The notes under the pieces: model-generated
Told to the model about the DNA's origin: nothing
The model's input: only the letters and a program-made list of their open reading frames with translations
Databases searched by the model: none
NCBI GenBank assembly: GCA_965204375.1
Contig: OZ241986.1
Span: forward strand, 4,800,001 to 4,864,000
DNA from: Candidatus Latescibacterota bacterium
GTDB taxonomy: Bacteria; Latescibacterota; UBA2968
Direction: 5' to 3'
Length of the DNA stretch: 64,000 bases
Program-made: the position numbers and the translations under genes
Part shown: positions 27,587 to 37,478 of the stretch, one piece after another
Numbering within the stretch: the first letter of the stretch is position 1
Layout of the letters: each line of letters opens with the position of its first letter

Positions 27587-27730
27587 GCGTTTTAGATAAA
27601 AGGAGTCATCATTATCGATGTAGTTCACCAGCCTGAAACCGAAAGGAGGTCATGCCTATGATTTGAGAATAGAAGGGTTTTTTTCGCAGCATGTAAATCG
27701 TTACAAACCGCAACATAAGGAGGTCGTTGT

Positions 27731-28429
27731 ATGAGATTCATTGTAGCAGCGTTATTAAGTCTGGCCCTTGTGGGGCCGGGAGCGGCAGAAGTGAACGGCA
27801 CCTGGTCTGTTGGGGTGACCGGGCAATACGACATGCCGCTGTTTAAATTGAACCAGTGGTTTCCCTCGGGGGGAATTGATATCGGGGGAACCGTCTCTCG
27901 CATCAACAACCCGACCTGGACATTTGAACTGGACGCGCGGTATGCCAAATACGGCTCGGGCGAACTGGAAAACCGCAGATTCTTGTGGTCGGTTGACCTG
28001 CAGGAATACGAAAGCCCCAACGCCAGTTCGGAAATGACCTGGTTTACGGTAACCGCCAACTATCTTTACCACTTCAACGGCGGAGGTGAAAAACTGAACA
28101 CCGGGGGCGGCGCGCCCTACTTCGTCATCGGATCGGGCTTTTACCACTATAACAACGAAATCAGCGGACTGATTTACCCCGGACAGAGCGGCACCCTGGA
28201 CACCAATTTGATACAGCGCTCCGAATCAGATGTTCGCACGGCTCTGGGCGTAAACGCCGGTGTGGGCGTCGAATACTTCGCCTCTCAGAGTTTTGCGTTT
28301 GACCTTCGGGCACAATACCACGTCATCTGGGGCCATGTGCGCCCCCTCGAAGCCTGGGGCCTACAAGAGGCATTCCCATTTCACAAACTCAACATAGGTG
28401 TTCGGCTCAAGTTGTATTTCCCCAAATAA
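27731..28429 (+). CDS. Small outer-membrane beta-barrel protein (OmpA/OMP_b-brl-like)
   Basis: Signal peptide, amphipathic strands, PYFVIGSGFY, GVNAGVGVEYF, terminal LKLYFPK. Confidence 0.8.
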   Translation: MRFIVAALLSLALVGPGAAEVNGTWSVGVTGQYDMPLFKLNQWFPSGGIDIGGTVSRINNPTWTFELDARYAKYGSGELENRRFLWSVDLQEYESPNASSEMTWFTVTANYLYHFNGGGEKLNTGGGAPYFVIGSGFYHYNNEISGLIYPGQSGTLDTNLIQRSESDVRTALGVNAGVGVEYFASQSFAFDLRAQYHVIWGHVRPLEAWGLQEAFPFHKLNIGVRLKLYFPK

Positions 28430-28444
28430 TAACGGAGGTTCAGC

Positions 28445-31400
28445 ATGCGTTTTAGCATTCGTTTGGGCTGTCTCCTGATCCTGGTCGGCGCACTATGCGT
28501 CTTCCATCCAGGCGATGGGATGGCAGCTACAACAGGAAAAGTCACCGGTGTGGTGGTAGATGCCCAGGGTGAGGCGCTACCGGGTGTCAACGTAGTCGTG
28601 AAAGGTACGCGGCGCGGCGCTGTAACCGATACAGATGGCTACTTTTTAATATTAGCTGTCGATCCGGGCGTGCATGAAGTGGAAGCATCCCTGGTGGGCT
28701 ACCGCACCGAAACCATACAAAACGTCCTGGTACAGGTCGAATTGACCACCACAGTGAATATCGTACTCCAGGAAGCAGCCGTAGAACTCGGCGAACTGGT
28801 CGTTATTGCCGAGCGACCTGCCGTGGAACCCGATAAAACCGTGAGTCGCTATATTGTCGGCGTCGAGCAGGTCGAACAGGTTCCCCTCGCGCGAAACACG
28901 GCAGAAGTCATCGAATTGCAGCCCGGCGTATCCCTGGACGGCGCCATGCGCATTCGCGCAAGCCATACCGCCTCGGTAACCAACGGCACCAATGAAGTCT
29001 TTGTAGAAATCGACGGCATTCGCCTGTCCAACGACGATGGCGTAGCCGAAAACAACACGCCCTCACAGGTCAACAGCCTGGCGCGCGGGGCATTGCAAGA
29101 AGTCGCTGTCGTCACCGGCGGCATGAACGCCGAATACGGCAATGCACAGGGCGGCGTAATCAGCCTGGTGAGCCGCGAAGCCAAAGAGCGATACGGCGGT
29201 CTGGGCGAATATCGCCTGACCCTGCCGGGGCTAAAGCACTGGGGCGCGAACGTCTATAACAGCCCGCTTCTGGAAGGCAAAACCCCGGACACCGGCAATC
29301 CCAATATAGATGCAACGCCTTCGGATTACGACAAAGCATTGGGACATTTTTTGGAAGGCAATGTTTCGGGGCCGATCAATCCACAACTCGGATTCTTCCT
29401 CAGTACCTATACAGATCGGCAGGCATCCGTTTTTCCAGGTCCCTCCAATCACGCGCCCTTTAACCTGAACACATCGGCCAACGCGACCTATCGGCCGGGC
29501 GACAAGTACAAATTCAAGCTCGGCACCACCTGGGTGTACAAAGACGGGTTCAACAACGGCTCGACCAGTGTGGTGCGCGGTCCGGGCGGTGCAACCACGG
29601 GCGTGCCGCCGGGCGGGGTGCGAGGCATCTCGGAAAGCGGGCGCAACCTTTACTTGCCCGCGGGATATAGCTCCTCGGGCAAGTCGCCGCGCACCGATCA
29701 GGTATTTTACGGTGTCTTGACACACACCATATCTCCCAGAACATTTTACGAAGTCCGCGTATCTTTCCAGCGCACAGCCCTCGATACCAGCGATGTGCCG
29801 TCAGAGACAACAGATATTGTTCGCGGTGCAAACGGATTTTACGGCACGCGGGACATCCACGCCTTCAGCTGGGCGCGGCGCACGCGCATCCTGCTAAAAG
29901 GCGATTTGTCCAGCCAGGTGACGCGGGGACACTTTGTAAAAGCCGGTTTTGAAATCATTCGCAACAGCATTGAACAGCAAGATGTGGTCTATAACACAAC
30001 CCGCGAACGCAACATCCGCTTGCTGGGCCAGGGCGACCCCATCGTGGGCATGGAACCTTTTAATCCCGCAACGTATGCGGCTTATATCCAGGACAAAATG
30101 GAATTTGAGGGCCTGATCGTCAATCTGGGTGTGCGATATGAAGTCCTCGCCCCCGGCGAATCCTTTGGCCGCGCCATGGACCACGTCACCTGGAACCACT
30201 ACAACTCGCTGACGCGCTGGCGAAACGTACGCATCGTGGATTCGCCCACGCAGACGGCCATCAGCCCGCGCCTGGGTATTTCACACCCCATCACAGAGCG
30301 TTCTACCATCCGATTTTTCACCGGCCGCTTCCACCAGTTCATCGGTCTGCAAAGCCTTTACAACCGCACATGGCGGGCGACGGGACCGGACAAAGATCTG
30401 AACGGCAACGGACAAATCGACGAGATGGAAATTTTCAACGCCCTGGTCTATCCGCTGGCGGGCGAATTTGGCAATGTCCACATGAAACCCGAACGCACGA
30501 CCAACTTTGAGGTCGGCTTCGACTACAACTTCTACGGCGATTACGTCCTGGGCCTGACGGCTTTCTACAAAGATCAGGAAGGCACGCTATCCAGCGGCGG
30601 GTCTGACTTCTTCATCGACGAACCCGTATTTGGCTTCAACTCTTCATATACCCACGCGTTCTTCAATCGCCGCTTTGCCACATCTCGCGGATTTGAGCTG
30701 TCCTTCCAGAAAAAGTTCAGCCAGATGACAGCCCTGTATGTGGCCTACAACGTCAACTGGGCCAAAGCGCACCGCGGCGGCAAATCATCCTGGGAATGGT
30801 TCATCGCTCCCACGGCTCAATATGTGAACAGCGACAAGTTCTTTGCAGGCGTCACCGTGCAAGCCGACGGGCAGGAAGTGCCCCGCGCACCAACGGCCGA
30901 AGAGCGGAGGGCATTCGCAGAGAAGGCCAATGAAATTGCTCTGAAATACAAGGCAAAAGCAGATGTGATGGAACCAAAGAGCAATGCCTTCTGGGAACAG
31001 CCAGTCCTCGTCGAAGACGGGCTTTACTCCTTCAATATCGCCAACTACAGCATTCCCACCTTAGATGGCGGTCTGGACAGGCGCAACTTTGCCAGCGTGC
31101 AATTCCTCTTCTCTGCACCGCCGGATTTCCACATCGCGGCTCTGGCCGGATTCCGCGCGACCATGGTCTGGCAGATGCACACCAGGGGCGCATTCTGGTA
31201 CACGCCACCCACGGGACCCAGGGAGCGGCGCAACGGCCCACCCTCCACACTGACAGATGTCAGCTTTGAAAAAGACTTTGGACTGGGGCAAACGGGTACA
31301 GCCACGACATTCCTGGAAGTCCGCAACCTCTTTGGGCAGCGCGACGACACGAGCACTGGTTTCCGCTGGATCCAGTACGGCCTCCAAAAACCGCCGCCTG

Positions 31401-31507
31401 GAGACAGCAAATTCGATACTTTCGGTGATATTTCCGAACTGACCCGCTACAACGGCGGGCTGGGCAGACCCCGAACCATCGTGGCCGGGGCGCGGTTTAA
31501 GTTCTAA
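28445..31507 (+). CDS. TonB-dependent receptor (TBDR2)
   Basis: TTGKVTGVV.DAQGEALPGVNV, GGMNAEYGNAQGGVI, YIQDKMEF, ISPRLGISHP, PRTIVAGARFKF. Confidence 0.93.
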   Translation: MRFSIRLGCLLILVGALCVFHPGDGMAATTGKVTGVVVDAQGEALPGVNVVVKGTRRGAVTDTDGYFLILAVDPGVHEVEASLVGYRTETIQNVLVQVELTTTVNIVLQEAAVELGELVVIAERPAVEPDKTVSRYIVGVEQVEQVPLARNTAEVIELQPGVSLDGAMRIRASHTASVTNGTNEVFVEIDGIRLSNDDGVAENNTPSQVNSLARGALQEVAVVTGGMNAEYGNAQGGVISLVSREAKERYGGLGEYRLTLPGLKHWGANVYNSPLLEGKTPDTGNPNIDATPSDYDKALGHFLEGNVSGPINPQLGFFLSTYTDRQASVFPGPSNHAPFNLNTSANATYRPGDKYKFKLGTTWVYKDGFNNGSTSVVRGPGGATTGVPPGGVRGISESGRNLYLPAGYSSSGKSPRTDQVFYGVLTHTISPRTFYEVRVSFQRTALDTSDVPSETTDIVRGANGFYGTRDIHAFSWARRTRILLKGDLSSQVTRGHFVKAGFEIIRNSIEQQDVVYNTTRERNIRLLGQGDPIVGMEPFNPATYAAYIQDKMEFEGLIVNLGVRYEVLAPGESFGRAMDHVTWNHYNSLTRWRNVRIVDSPTQTAISPRLGISHPITERSTIRFFTGRFHQFIGLQSLYNRTWRATGPDKDLNGNGQIDEMEIFNALVYPLAGEFGNVHMKPERTTNFEVGFDYNFYGDYVLGLTAFYKDQEGTLSSGGSDFFIDEPVFGFNSSYTHAFFNRRFATSRGFELSFQKKFSQMTALYVAYNVNWAKAHRGGKSSWEWFIAPTAQYVNSDKFFAGVTVQADGQEVPRAPTAEERRAFAEKANEIALKYKAKADVMEPKSNAFWEQPVLVEDGLYSFNIANYSIPTLDGGLDRRNFASVQFLFSAPPDFHIAALAGFRATMVWQMHTRGAFWYTPPTGPRERRNGPPSTLTDVSFEKDFGLGQTGTATTFLEVRNLFGQRDDTSTGFRWIQYGLQKPPPGDSKFDTFGDISELTRYNGGLGRPRTIVAGARFKF

Positions 31508-31511
31508 AAGT

Positions 31512-31612
31512 ATCCGCAGAAAAAACGCGAGTAATTTGAGCGTTTTACGCAGATGATGCAGATGAATGCAGATTCTAATCCGCGTCATCCGTTCATCCGC
31601 GTTTATCCGCGA
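31512..31612. repeat. Intergenic inverted array of GCAGATGA / ATCCGCG units
   Basis: cgcagatgatgcagatgaatgcagatt followed by aatccgcgtcatccgttcatccgcgtttatccgcg. Confidence 0.75.
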
Positions 31613-31633
31613 TCTAACAAGAGGATCATATCT

Positions 31634-33973
31634 ATGTCTCTGAAAAACTTGAAAAAACAATGGTTGCCGGGTCTGATGGTATTGTGCCTCATGTCAATCG
31701 GCACAATAGATTCGCAAGCGCAGGTGGTCTATAGCGCGTCGCGGCACATGACCCGGTCGCTGGTGTGGCTCTCGTTTACCAACTCCGGTACGTCGAGCAT
31801 GCACTATCAGGTAACGCCGTCCCGGGTGATGATGCGAATGTCCTACCCGGGCGAATTGTATTCATTATACGCCCTGTTGGGCACCGAAGAATTTGTGGAA
31901 TATTGGGGCGACAAAGCATGGGGATCGTCCGCGCAAAAGGGCTTTACAAACATGCACTCGGCTGGCGAGGGCGTGCTGGTATTGACCAATGTGGGCGGTG
32001 AAAAATACGTATCGGTCACAGGCCCGCGCACGCCCACCGAAGACGTGATACCGATGAATTACGACATCGCCAACTCCAAAGAAGCCTCGTGGGGCATTCA
32101 GACTCTGGTGCCCAATCGCGGAGTGGGACCGGGCACAGCCACCTCCAACTGGTGGCAGGGCGCTTCGCCCCAATCCGTTGATCCGGCCAATTTGCGACCC
32201 TACGAAATTCACAACTTCGATTACGGCATTTATCCGCCCGTGCAAAACGCAGGCGAAGAAATCCATATCACGCAGTGGCAGACGCAGCACAACATCGTCG
32301 TAACGCGCAAAGCCCATGCGTGGAGCCATCAGGATTTCGACGACTTTTTTATCCTGGAACTCGAGTTTGAAAATCGGGGTGGACAGCAACTCGACGACAC
32401 CTACTTTGGCGTCATGAACTCCATGTATGTCAATAGCGCGGGAACATCCTTCCGCTATGGACACGAAGGCGGCCTGGTCACCTATCGCCGCAGTCAGGCA
32501 CTGGACGACCACTATCGCTATAGCGAGGCATCCAACTTCGAAAACAATTCCTTAAGTGGGTTGTCTCCTGCGGATTTCCAGGGCAAATACATCATGTACC
32601 AGTGGGATGGCAACTCCCCGTCCAGCTTTGAAGAAGACACGGGCGACCCCTACTTCTCCGACCTGGAGGCGCGAGGCTTTCCGGGCAGCAAGAGCAGGCC
32701 CGAAGGCATGCCCATTGCACCGGCCTATCAGTTTATGGCTCCCCTCGCCTTTCGCAATGCCGGGAGTCACACATTCAACGCAGCAGACGCAGCAGAGGGC
32801 TTTGTCGATCCACAGGGCGAACCCCTGTCGCACTGGTACGAGGTATTTGGTCGCCGCAACATCGACGACCCCACCCGGGGCGCGTTGAGCATGGCCGCCC
32901 AGTACGACTTCTTCACCTCGCCCACAATGGACAATCCGACCTCTGAACAGATGCAGTGGGAAGACCTGATCTTTGGTCCCTACAGCCTATCACCCGGGCA
33001 AAAAGCCAAAATCGTGCTCGCCTACGGCTTTGGATCGTCCGCCGAATTTGACATCAACAGCCAAACGGGCTATGCCAACGACATCACAAAATGGTCGTGG
33101 AACGTGGGCGATATTGGCCCAGACGCACGCAAATCGCTCTTAGCCAAAGGCGAAGAGGCTATGCTGCGCCATCTGGAACACGCGCAATTTACCTACGACA
33201 ATGAGTACCAGATACCCAACGCACCCCCAGATGTGGATTTTTTCCAGGGGAGCAATGCCCAGGCCAAAATTACGCTGACGTGGTCAGATGCCGCGGAAAA
33301 AGCCATCAACCCCGAATACGGTCAGGCCGACGTGGTCGCCTATCGGGTCTATCGCTCGATCTGGCAGGAAACCGGACCGTGGGAACTGGTGGGTGAGGTT
33401 TCAGCTGGCAGCAGCCAGGGCGGCACGTACTCCTGGGTGGATGAAAATTCGCTGGCCGGATTCCAATTCGCCTACAATGTGCGCTCTGTTGCCAGCCCCA
33501 AATCGTCGTGGGCCGAAGGCTCCAAAACCCTATCCGATTTGCCCGAGACCGTGCGCAAGCACCTCACGGAAAATGGCTTGGAGAGCGGATGGTCGGCAGC
33601 CGAACAGCGCATGATCGTTCCGGGTAGCCCAATTTTGGCCGCCAATGACGCCGCCGACAATATGGAGAGGCCGGTAGTCGTGGTACCCAATCCGTTTAGT
33701 CTGGCGCAAGCCCAATCCAATTATCAGGGCACGCTCAAACTGCGCTTTGTCGGGGTGCCACACCAGGCAAAAATCTCCATCTTTACGGTTTCGGGAGATC
33801 TCGTTGCCGAAATCAACCACAACGATCCAACGGCCGGGGAAGCGCAGTGGCTTTTGAAAGATCGCTTTCTCACCGGTGAAGCCACCTCGTCTGCGTACTT
33901 CTTCGTGGTGGAGTCGCTCGTGCCTGCCAGTCGCGGTCGCAAGACCAAGGGCGCGTTCATAATCAACCGTTAA
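31634..33973 (+). CDS. Secreted protein with FN3-like domain and T9SS type A CTD-like C-terminus
   Basis: ATG 31634 gives signal peptide; ITLTWSD...YRVYRS; VPNPF...ISIFTVSGDLV...AYFFVVES...FIINR. Confidence 0.8.
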   Translation: MSLKNLKKQWLPGLMVLCLMSIGTIDSQAQVVYSASRHMTRSLVWLSFTNSGTSSMHYQVTPSRVMMRMSYPGELYSLYALLGTEEFVEYWGDKAWGSSAQKGFTNMHSAGEGVLVLTNVGGEKYVSVTGPRTPTEDVIPMNYDIANSKEASWGIQTLVPNRGVGPGTATSNWWQGASPQSVDPANLRPYEIHNFDYGIYPPVQNAGEEIHITQWQTQHNIVVTRKAHAWSHQDFDDFFILELEFENRGGQQLDDTYFGVMNSMYVNSAGTSFRYGHEGGLVTYRRSQALDDHYRYSEASNFENNSLSGLSPADFQGKYIMYQWDGNSPSSFEEDTGDPYFSDLEARGFPGSKSRPEGMPIAPAYQFMAPLAFRNAGSHTFNAADAAEGFVDPQGEPLSHWYEVFGRRNIDDPTRGALSMAAQYDFFTSPTMDNPTSEQMQWEDLIFGPYSLSPGQKAKIVLAYGFGSSAEFDINSQTGYANDITKWSWNVGDIGPDARKSLLAKGEEAMLRHLEHAQFTYDNEYQIPNAPPDVDFFQGSNAQAKITLTWSDAAEKAINPEYGQADVVAYRVYRSIWQETGPWELVGEVSAGSSQGGTYSWVDENSLAGFQFAYNVRSVASPKSSWAEGSKTLSDLPETVRKHLTENGLESGWSAAEQRMIVPGSPILAANDAADNMERPVVVVPNPFSLAQAQSNYQGTLKLRFVGVPHQAKISIFTVSGDLVAEINHNDPTAGEAQWLLKDRFLTGEATSSAYFFVVESLVPASRGRKTKGAFIINR

Positions 33974-33991
33974 AACACAAGGATTGATACT

Positions 33992-34975
33992 ATGAAAAAT
34001 ACGATGTCCGCAGTGCTAATCGTTTTGATGGCGCTCGCCCTATCGGCTCCGGCCTCGGCGCAGGCACTCTTCCCAGAAGCCGAAGAAGTCCTGAATCCAG
34101 AGGGCCGCAGCAAGATCAAGCCATCCACATTCAATTTTCTGAAAGTGACCAACAATGCCCGAGTTGCGGGCATGGGCGATGCTTTTACCGCGGTATCCGA
34201 CGGGATAGACGGCATGATCTGGAACCCGGCGGGTCTGACCAAAGTGAACAATTTTGCATATACCTTTGGCTATACCCAATGGCTGGTCGAATCGTCATTT
34301 GTCACCGGATCCCTCGCGTACAATACCGGACAGTGGGGCGTGCTGGGCGTATCATTTGTGAACTTTTCCCTGCCCGACATGCCCGAAACAACTACCATGG
34401 AACCAGACGGCACCGGTGCTATGGTGAACTCGGGCGACCTCGCCATCGGCATGGTTTACGCCTATCAATTGACCGACAAGCTCTCGGCTGCGGCCTCCCT
34501 GCGCTTTGTCCAATCCGCGCTGGGACCAGAGACACTCAGCGCAGTCTCCGTGAATGTCAGTACCTTGATGTACACGGGCTTTCAAAGCCTGCGCCTTGGC
34601 ATGAACATGAAAAACCTGGGTGGAGAGCAGGAAATTGTGAGCGAAAAATCGGAAATGCCCCTGGTATTCCACACCGGGATAGCCATGGAATTGTATGGCA
34701 ACCTCGGCGACCCCGTATCCCTGACCGGCTCGTTTGAAGGCGCTTTCTTCACCGACCGGGAGCAACGCTGGAACCTGGGTGGTGAACTCTGGATACAGAA
34801 CCTCATCGCGCTTCGAGCGGGTTATAAGATCAAATACGATGCGGAAACCTGGAGCATTGGCGGTGGTCTCAAGGGGAAATTCGGGGGACGACACATCGCC
34901 TTAGACGTATCGTATAGCAATTTTGGCGATCTGTTCGACCCACCTCTGCGCCTGAACCTCTCGGGTTCGCTGTAG
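33992..34975 (+). CDS. PorV/PorQ-like (UPF0164) outer-membrane beta-barrel
   Basis: FLKVTNNARVAGMGDAFTAV, WNPAGL, LRAGY, LDVSY. Confidence 0.85.
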   Translation: MKNTMSAVLIVLMALALSAPASAQALFPEAEEVLNPEGRSKIKPSTFNFLKVTNNARVAGMGDAFTAVSDGIDGMIWNPAGLTKVNNFAYTFGYTQWLVESSFVTGSLAYNTGQWGVLGVSFVNFSLPDMPETTTMEPDGTGAMVNSGDLAIGMVYAYQLTDKLSAAASLRFVQSALGPETLSAVSVNVSTLMYTGFQSLRLGMNMKNLGGEQEIVSEKSEMPLVFHTGIAMELYGNLGDPVSLTGSFEGAFFTDREQRWNLGGELWIQNLIALRAGYKIKYDAETWSIGGGLKGKFGGRHIALDVSYSNFGDLFDPPLRLNLSGSL

Positions 34976-34991
34976 GAGGAGTCTGACGAAT

Positions 34992-35050
34992 AATCCGCAG
35001 AATGAAGGCGAGTAATTTGAGCCTGAACGCAGATGAACACAGATGAAGGG
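34992..35050 (+). repeat. GCAGATGAA-family intergenic repeat
   Basis: atccgcagaa...gcgagtaatttgagc...acgcagatgaacacagatgaa shared with the 31512 element. Confidence 0.75.
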
Positions 35051-35106
35051 CGAATGAGGTGTACAACTGGTTCAGAGGCCAGTTCATCTACGAATTGGCG
35101 AGCAAT

Positions 35107-35133
35107 GTAGGGGCGGTGCCCCTGTGCCCGCCC
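35107..35133 (+). repeat. GTAG-type REP
   Basis: GTAG-GGGCGG...CCGCCC hairpin. Confidence 0.65.
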
Positions 35134-35323
35134 GTTGGGTGGTGAGGCTGGGTTCGTCTATTCGTCTTGCCGTGTTTTCACACCCCGCCGGAAGTCTAAG
35201 TGCGAACCGACTTCTGTGCGGGGTGTCCCGTTTTAGCTAAAAATGCTTCATTTTGCTACAATATCTTGTATGTCCCATAAGTTTTAATTTTTAATTCCTA
35301 ATTCGCATTAACAGGAGAGACGT

Positions 35324-37303
35324 TTGGCCGAAGAACTGCAATCAGACCCAACAGGTGAACCAGTAAGAGGCATAACACTCCGCTCGGTTGCCCTGGGCAT
35401 TGGAATCGTAATCTTCATCAACCTGTGGGTGACTTATGCCGAGACCGTGGTAAAAACTTCTCGCCTGAACCTGAGCGTATTTCAAATAACGCTCCTCGCC
35501 GTCTTCATCATCCTGGTCGGGGTAGTAAATCCCCTGATCAAATCTGTAAATCGCCGCTACGCCTTTGCACCCGCCGAATTGCTATCCGTTGTCGCCATTG
35601 GCATCGTGGGCTGCGTCGTGCCCACATCCGGCATCACGGGATTTTTGATCGGGGTCATTTCCACTCCCTTTTATTTTGCCACACCCGAAAACGGATGGGC
35701 CGAGTACTATCACCCCAACCTCAACTCGTGGGTGGTACCCACCAATCAGGAAGCTGTACGCGCCTTTTACGAAGGCTTATTGCCCGGTAGCGCTATCCCC
35801 TATCGCGTATGGCTGGCACCACTCGCGTGGTGGGGTAGCCTGGTGGTGGCCGTATTTGCCGTTTCCGCCACACTGATGATCATCTTGCGAAAACAATGGG
35901 TAGAATACGAAAAACTCGCCTACCCCATCGCCGCCGTACCCATTGAAATGTCGCAAGATGCCCTTTCTGCGCGTTTCTTACCCGCATTCATGCGCGGTCC
36001 CATGTTCTGGATTGCGGCGGCTATACCATTTTTGATTTTTGTCTGGCACTCCCTGTCCTGGGCATACCCGCTCCTGCCCAGCATCGGCATCCTTCCGCAC
36101 GGCGGATATTTCCGCTTCACGCGCTATTCACCGGGCATGTACATTCAGCCCATGCAATTTTTGACCATCGGCTTTGCGTACTTTGCCAATACACAGGTAC
36201 TATTTTCCGTCTGGTTTTTCTTTTTACTCCACGTCCTGGAAGGGGGCATTTTTAACCGCCTGGGCTATCAGATCGAGCGGTCAACCGATTCTTTCAGCGC
36301 AGACCCGCCCACCGAAGCCTGGCAGTGTTTTGGCGCACTCGCCTGTCTCGTAGTATGGCGGCTATGGGTCGCCCGGCGGCATCTGCGCGATGTCGTTCTC
36401 AAAGCACTCGACAAAAAGCATCCAATAGATGACCGCGAAGAAATACTGTCCTACCGGTCGGCAGTTTTAATTTTGTCGTGCAGCCTCATCTACGTCTTAT
36501 TCTGGCTCCTGCAAATCGGAATGGACCTGAGCACCGCATTGATTTTTATGTCCGGCGTCGCCGTCATCTACATCGGCATCGCGCGCGTGGTATCAGAAGC
36601 CGGTGTCGTGTATTCGGGTGCCACTGTAACGCCGCAGGCATTTGTCATGGACCTGCGCGGCACCCACGTCATATCCGGAAGCAGCATGACGGCCATCGCA
36701 TTGTCCTATTCCCTTATCGATTATATGCGCGGGCTGTTTACCCCGGCGCTGGCTCAATCGATCAAATTGGGCGACCTGATCCGCGGCAACCGCCGTCTGT
36801 TATTCTATTGTGTGGGCATTGGCGTACTCGCCGGGTTTGTCTCTTCCGTATGGCTCATGCTCTATCTGGGCTATACGCATGGCGCGTACAATTTTCCGCG
36901 CTTCCCCTTCTTCAGCGGCGACCCAAAAGGCATCTACGGATCGACCCTTACAATGATGCGAACGCCCAAAGCACCCGACCCAAACCGCATCATCTTTTTT
37001 GCCATTGGCGCGGGCGCAATGGCATTGTTGACATTTTTGAGATACCGATTTTCCTGGTGGCCCATCAACCCCATCGGCCTGACCATTTCCGCTGCGGATA
37101 ACACGGCTTCGCTGGTCATGCCCGTATTCATCGCCTGGGTATGCAAAGCCTCTTTGCTCCGCATCGGCGGCGTGAACCTCTATCGCAAAGCCACGCCCCT
37201 ATTTCTGGGTCTGCTCGTCGGCTACACAGCCGGCGTCGCGTGGTCATTTCTCGTCGATGCCATCTGGTGGCCGGGCCAGGGACATTCGGTTCACTGGTGG
37301 TAA
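35324..37303 (+). CDS. DUF6785/DUF6784-like polytopic membrane protein, paralogue 1
   Basis: Many TM helices; RKQWVEYEKLAYP, WPINPIG, FLGLLVG; TTG start with AGGAG. Confidence 0.78.
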   Translation: MAEELQSDPTGEPVRGITLRSVALGIGIVIFINLWVTYAETVVKTSRLNLSVFQITLLAVFIILVGVVNPLIKSVNRRYAFAPAELLSVVAIGIVGCVVPTSGITGFLIGVISTPFYFATPENGWAEYYHPNLNSWVVPTNQEAVRAFYEGLLPGSAIPYRVWLAPLAWWGSLVVAVFAVSATLMIILRKQWVEYEKLAYPIAAVPIEMSQDALSARFLPAFMRGPMFWIAAAIPFLIFVWHSLSWAYPLLPSIGILPHGGYFRFTRYSPGMYIQPMQFLTIGFAYFANTQVLFSVWFFFLLHVLEGGIFNRLGYQIERSTDSFSADPPTEAWQCFGALACLVVWRLWVARRHLRDVVLKALDKKHPIDDREEILSYRSAVLILSCSLIYVLFWLLQIGMDLSTALIFMSGVAVIYIGIARVVSEAGVVYSGATVTPQAFVMDLRGTHVISGSSMTAIALSYSLIDYMRGLFTPALAQSIKLGDLIRGNRRLLFYCVGIGVLAGFVSSVWLMLYLGYTHGAYNFPRFPFFSGDPKGIYGSTLTMMRTPKAPDPNRIIFFAIGAGAMALLTFLRYRFSWWPINPIGLTISAADNTASLVMPVFIAWVCKASLLRIGGVNLYRKATPLFLGLLVGYTAGVAWSFLVDAIWWPGQGHSVHWW

Positions 37304-37308
37304 ACGTT

Positions 37309-37338
37309 ATCCGCAGATGTACGCAGATGTACGCAGAG
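37309..37338 (+). repeat. 10-mer repeat CGCAGATGTA
   Basis: atccgcagatgtacgcagatgtacgcaga just after stop codon. Confidence 0.8.
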
Positions 37339-37406
37339 GAGAGATATCCACGAAGGACACTAACGACACGAAGAAAGGCATGAAGGTAAGGACTGGAGCT
37401 GGGTGG

Positions 37407-37474
37407 ACTTCACACTTCACACTTCACACTTCACACTTCACACTTCACACTTCACACTTCACACTTCACACTTC
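37407..37474 (+). repeat. Heptanucleotide SSR (ACTTCAC) x9.7
   Basis: Perfect copies ending 4 nt before ATG 37479. Confidence 0.98.
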
Positions 37475-37478
37475 TTAA

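Noticed and set aside
31553-31633. N-terminal extension MMQMNADSNPRHPFIRVYPR
   Set aside because: Translation of an intergenic repeat; ATG 31634 gives a normal signal peptide
10734-34975. Canonical type IX secretion locus or SusC/SusD PUL
   Set aside because: No sprA/porKLMN, SusD or recognisable glycoside hydrolase genes in the window
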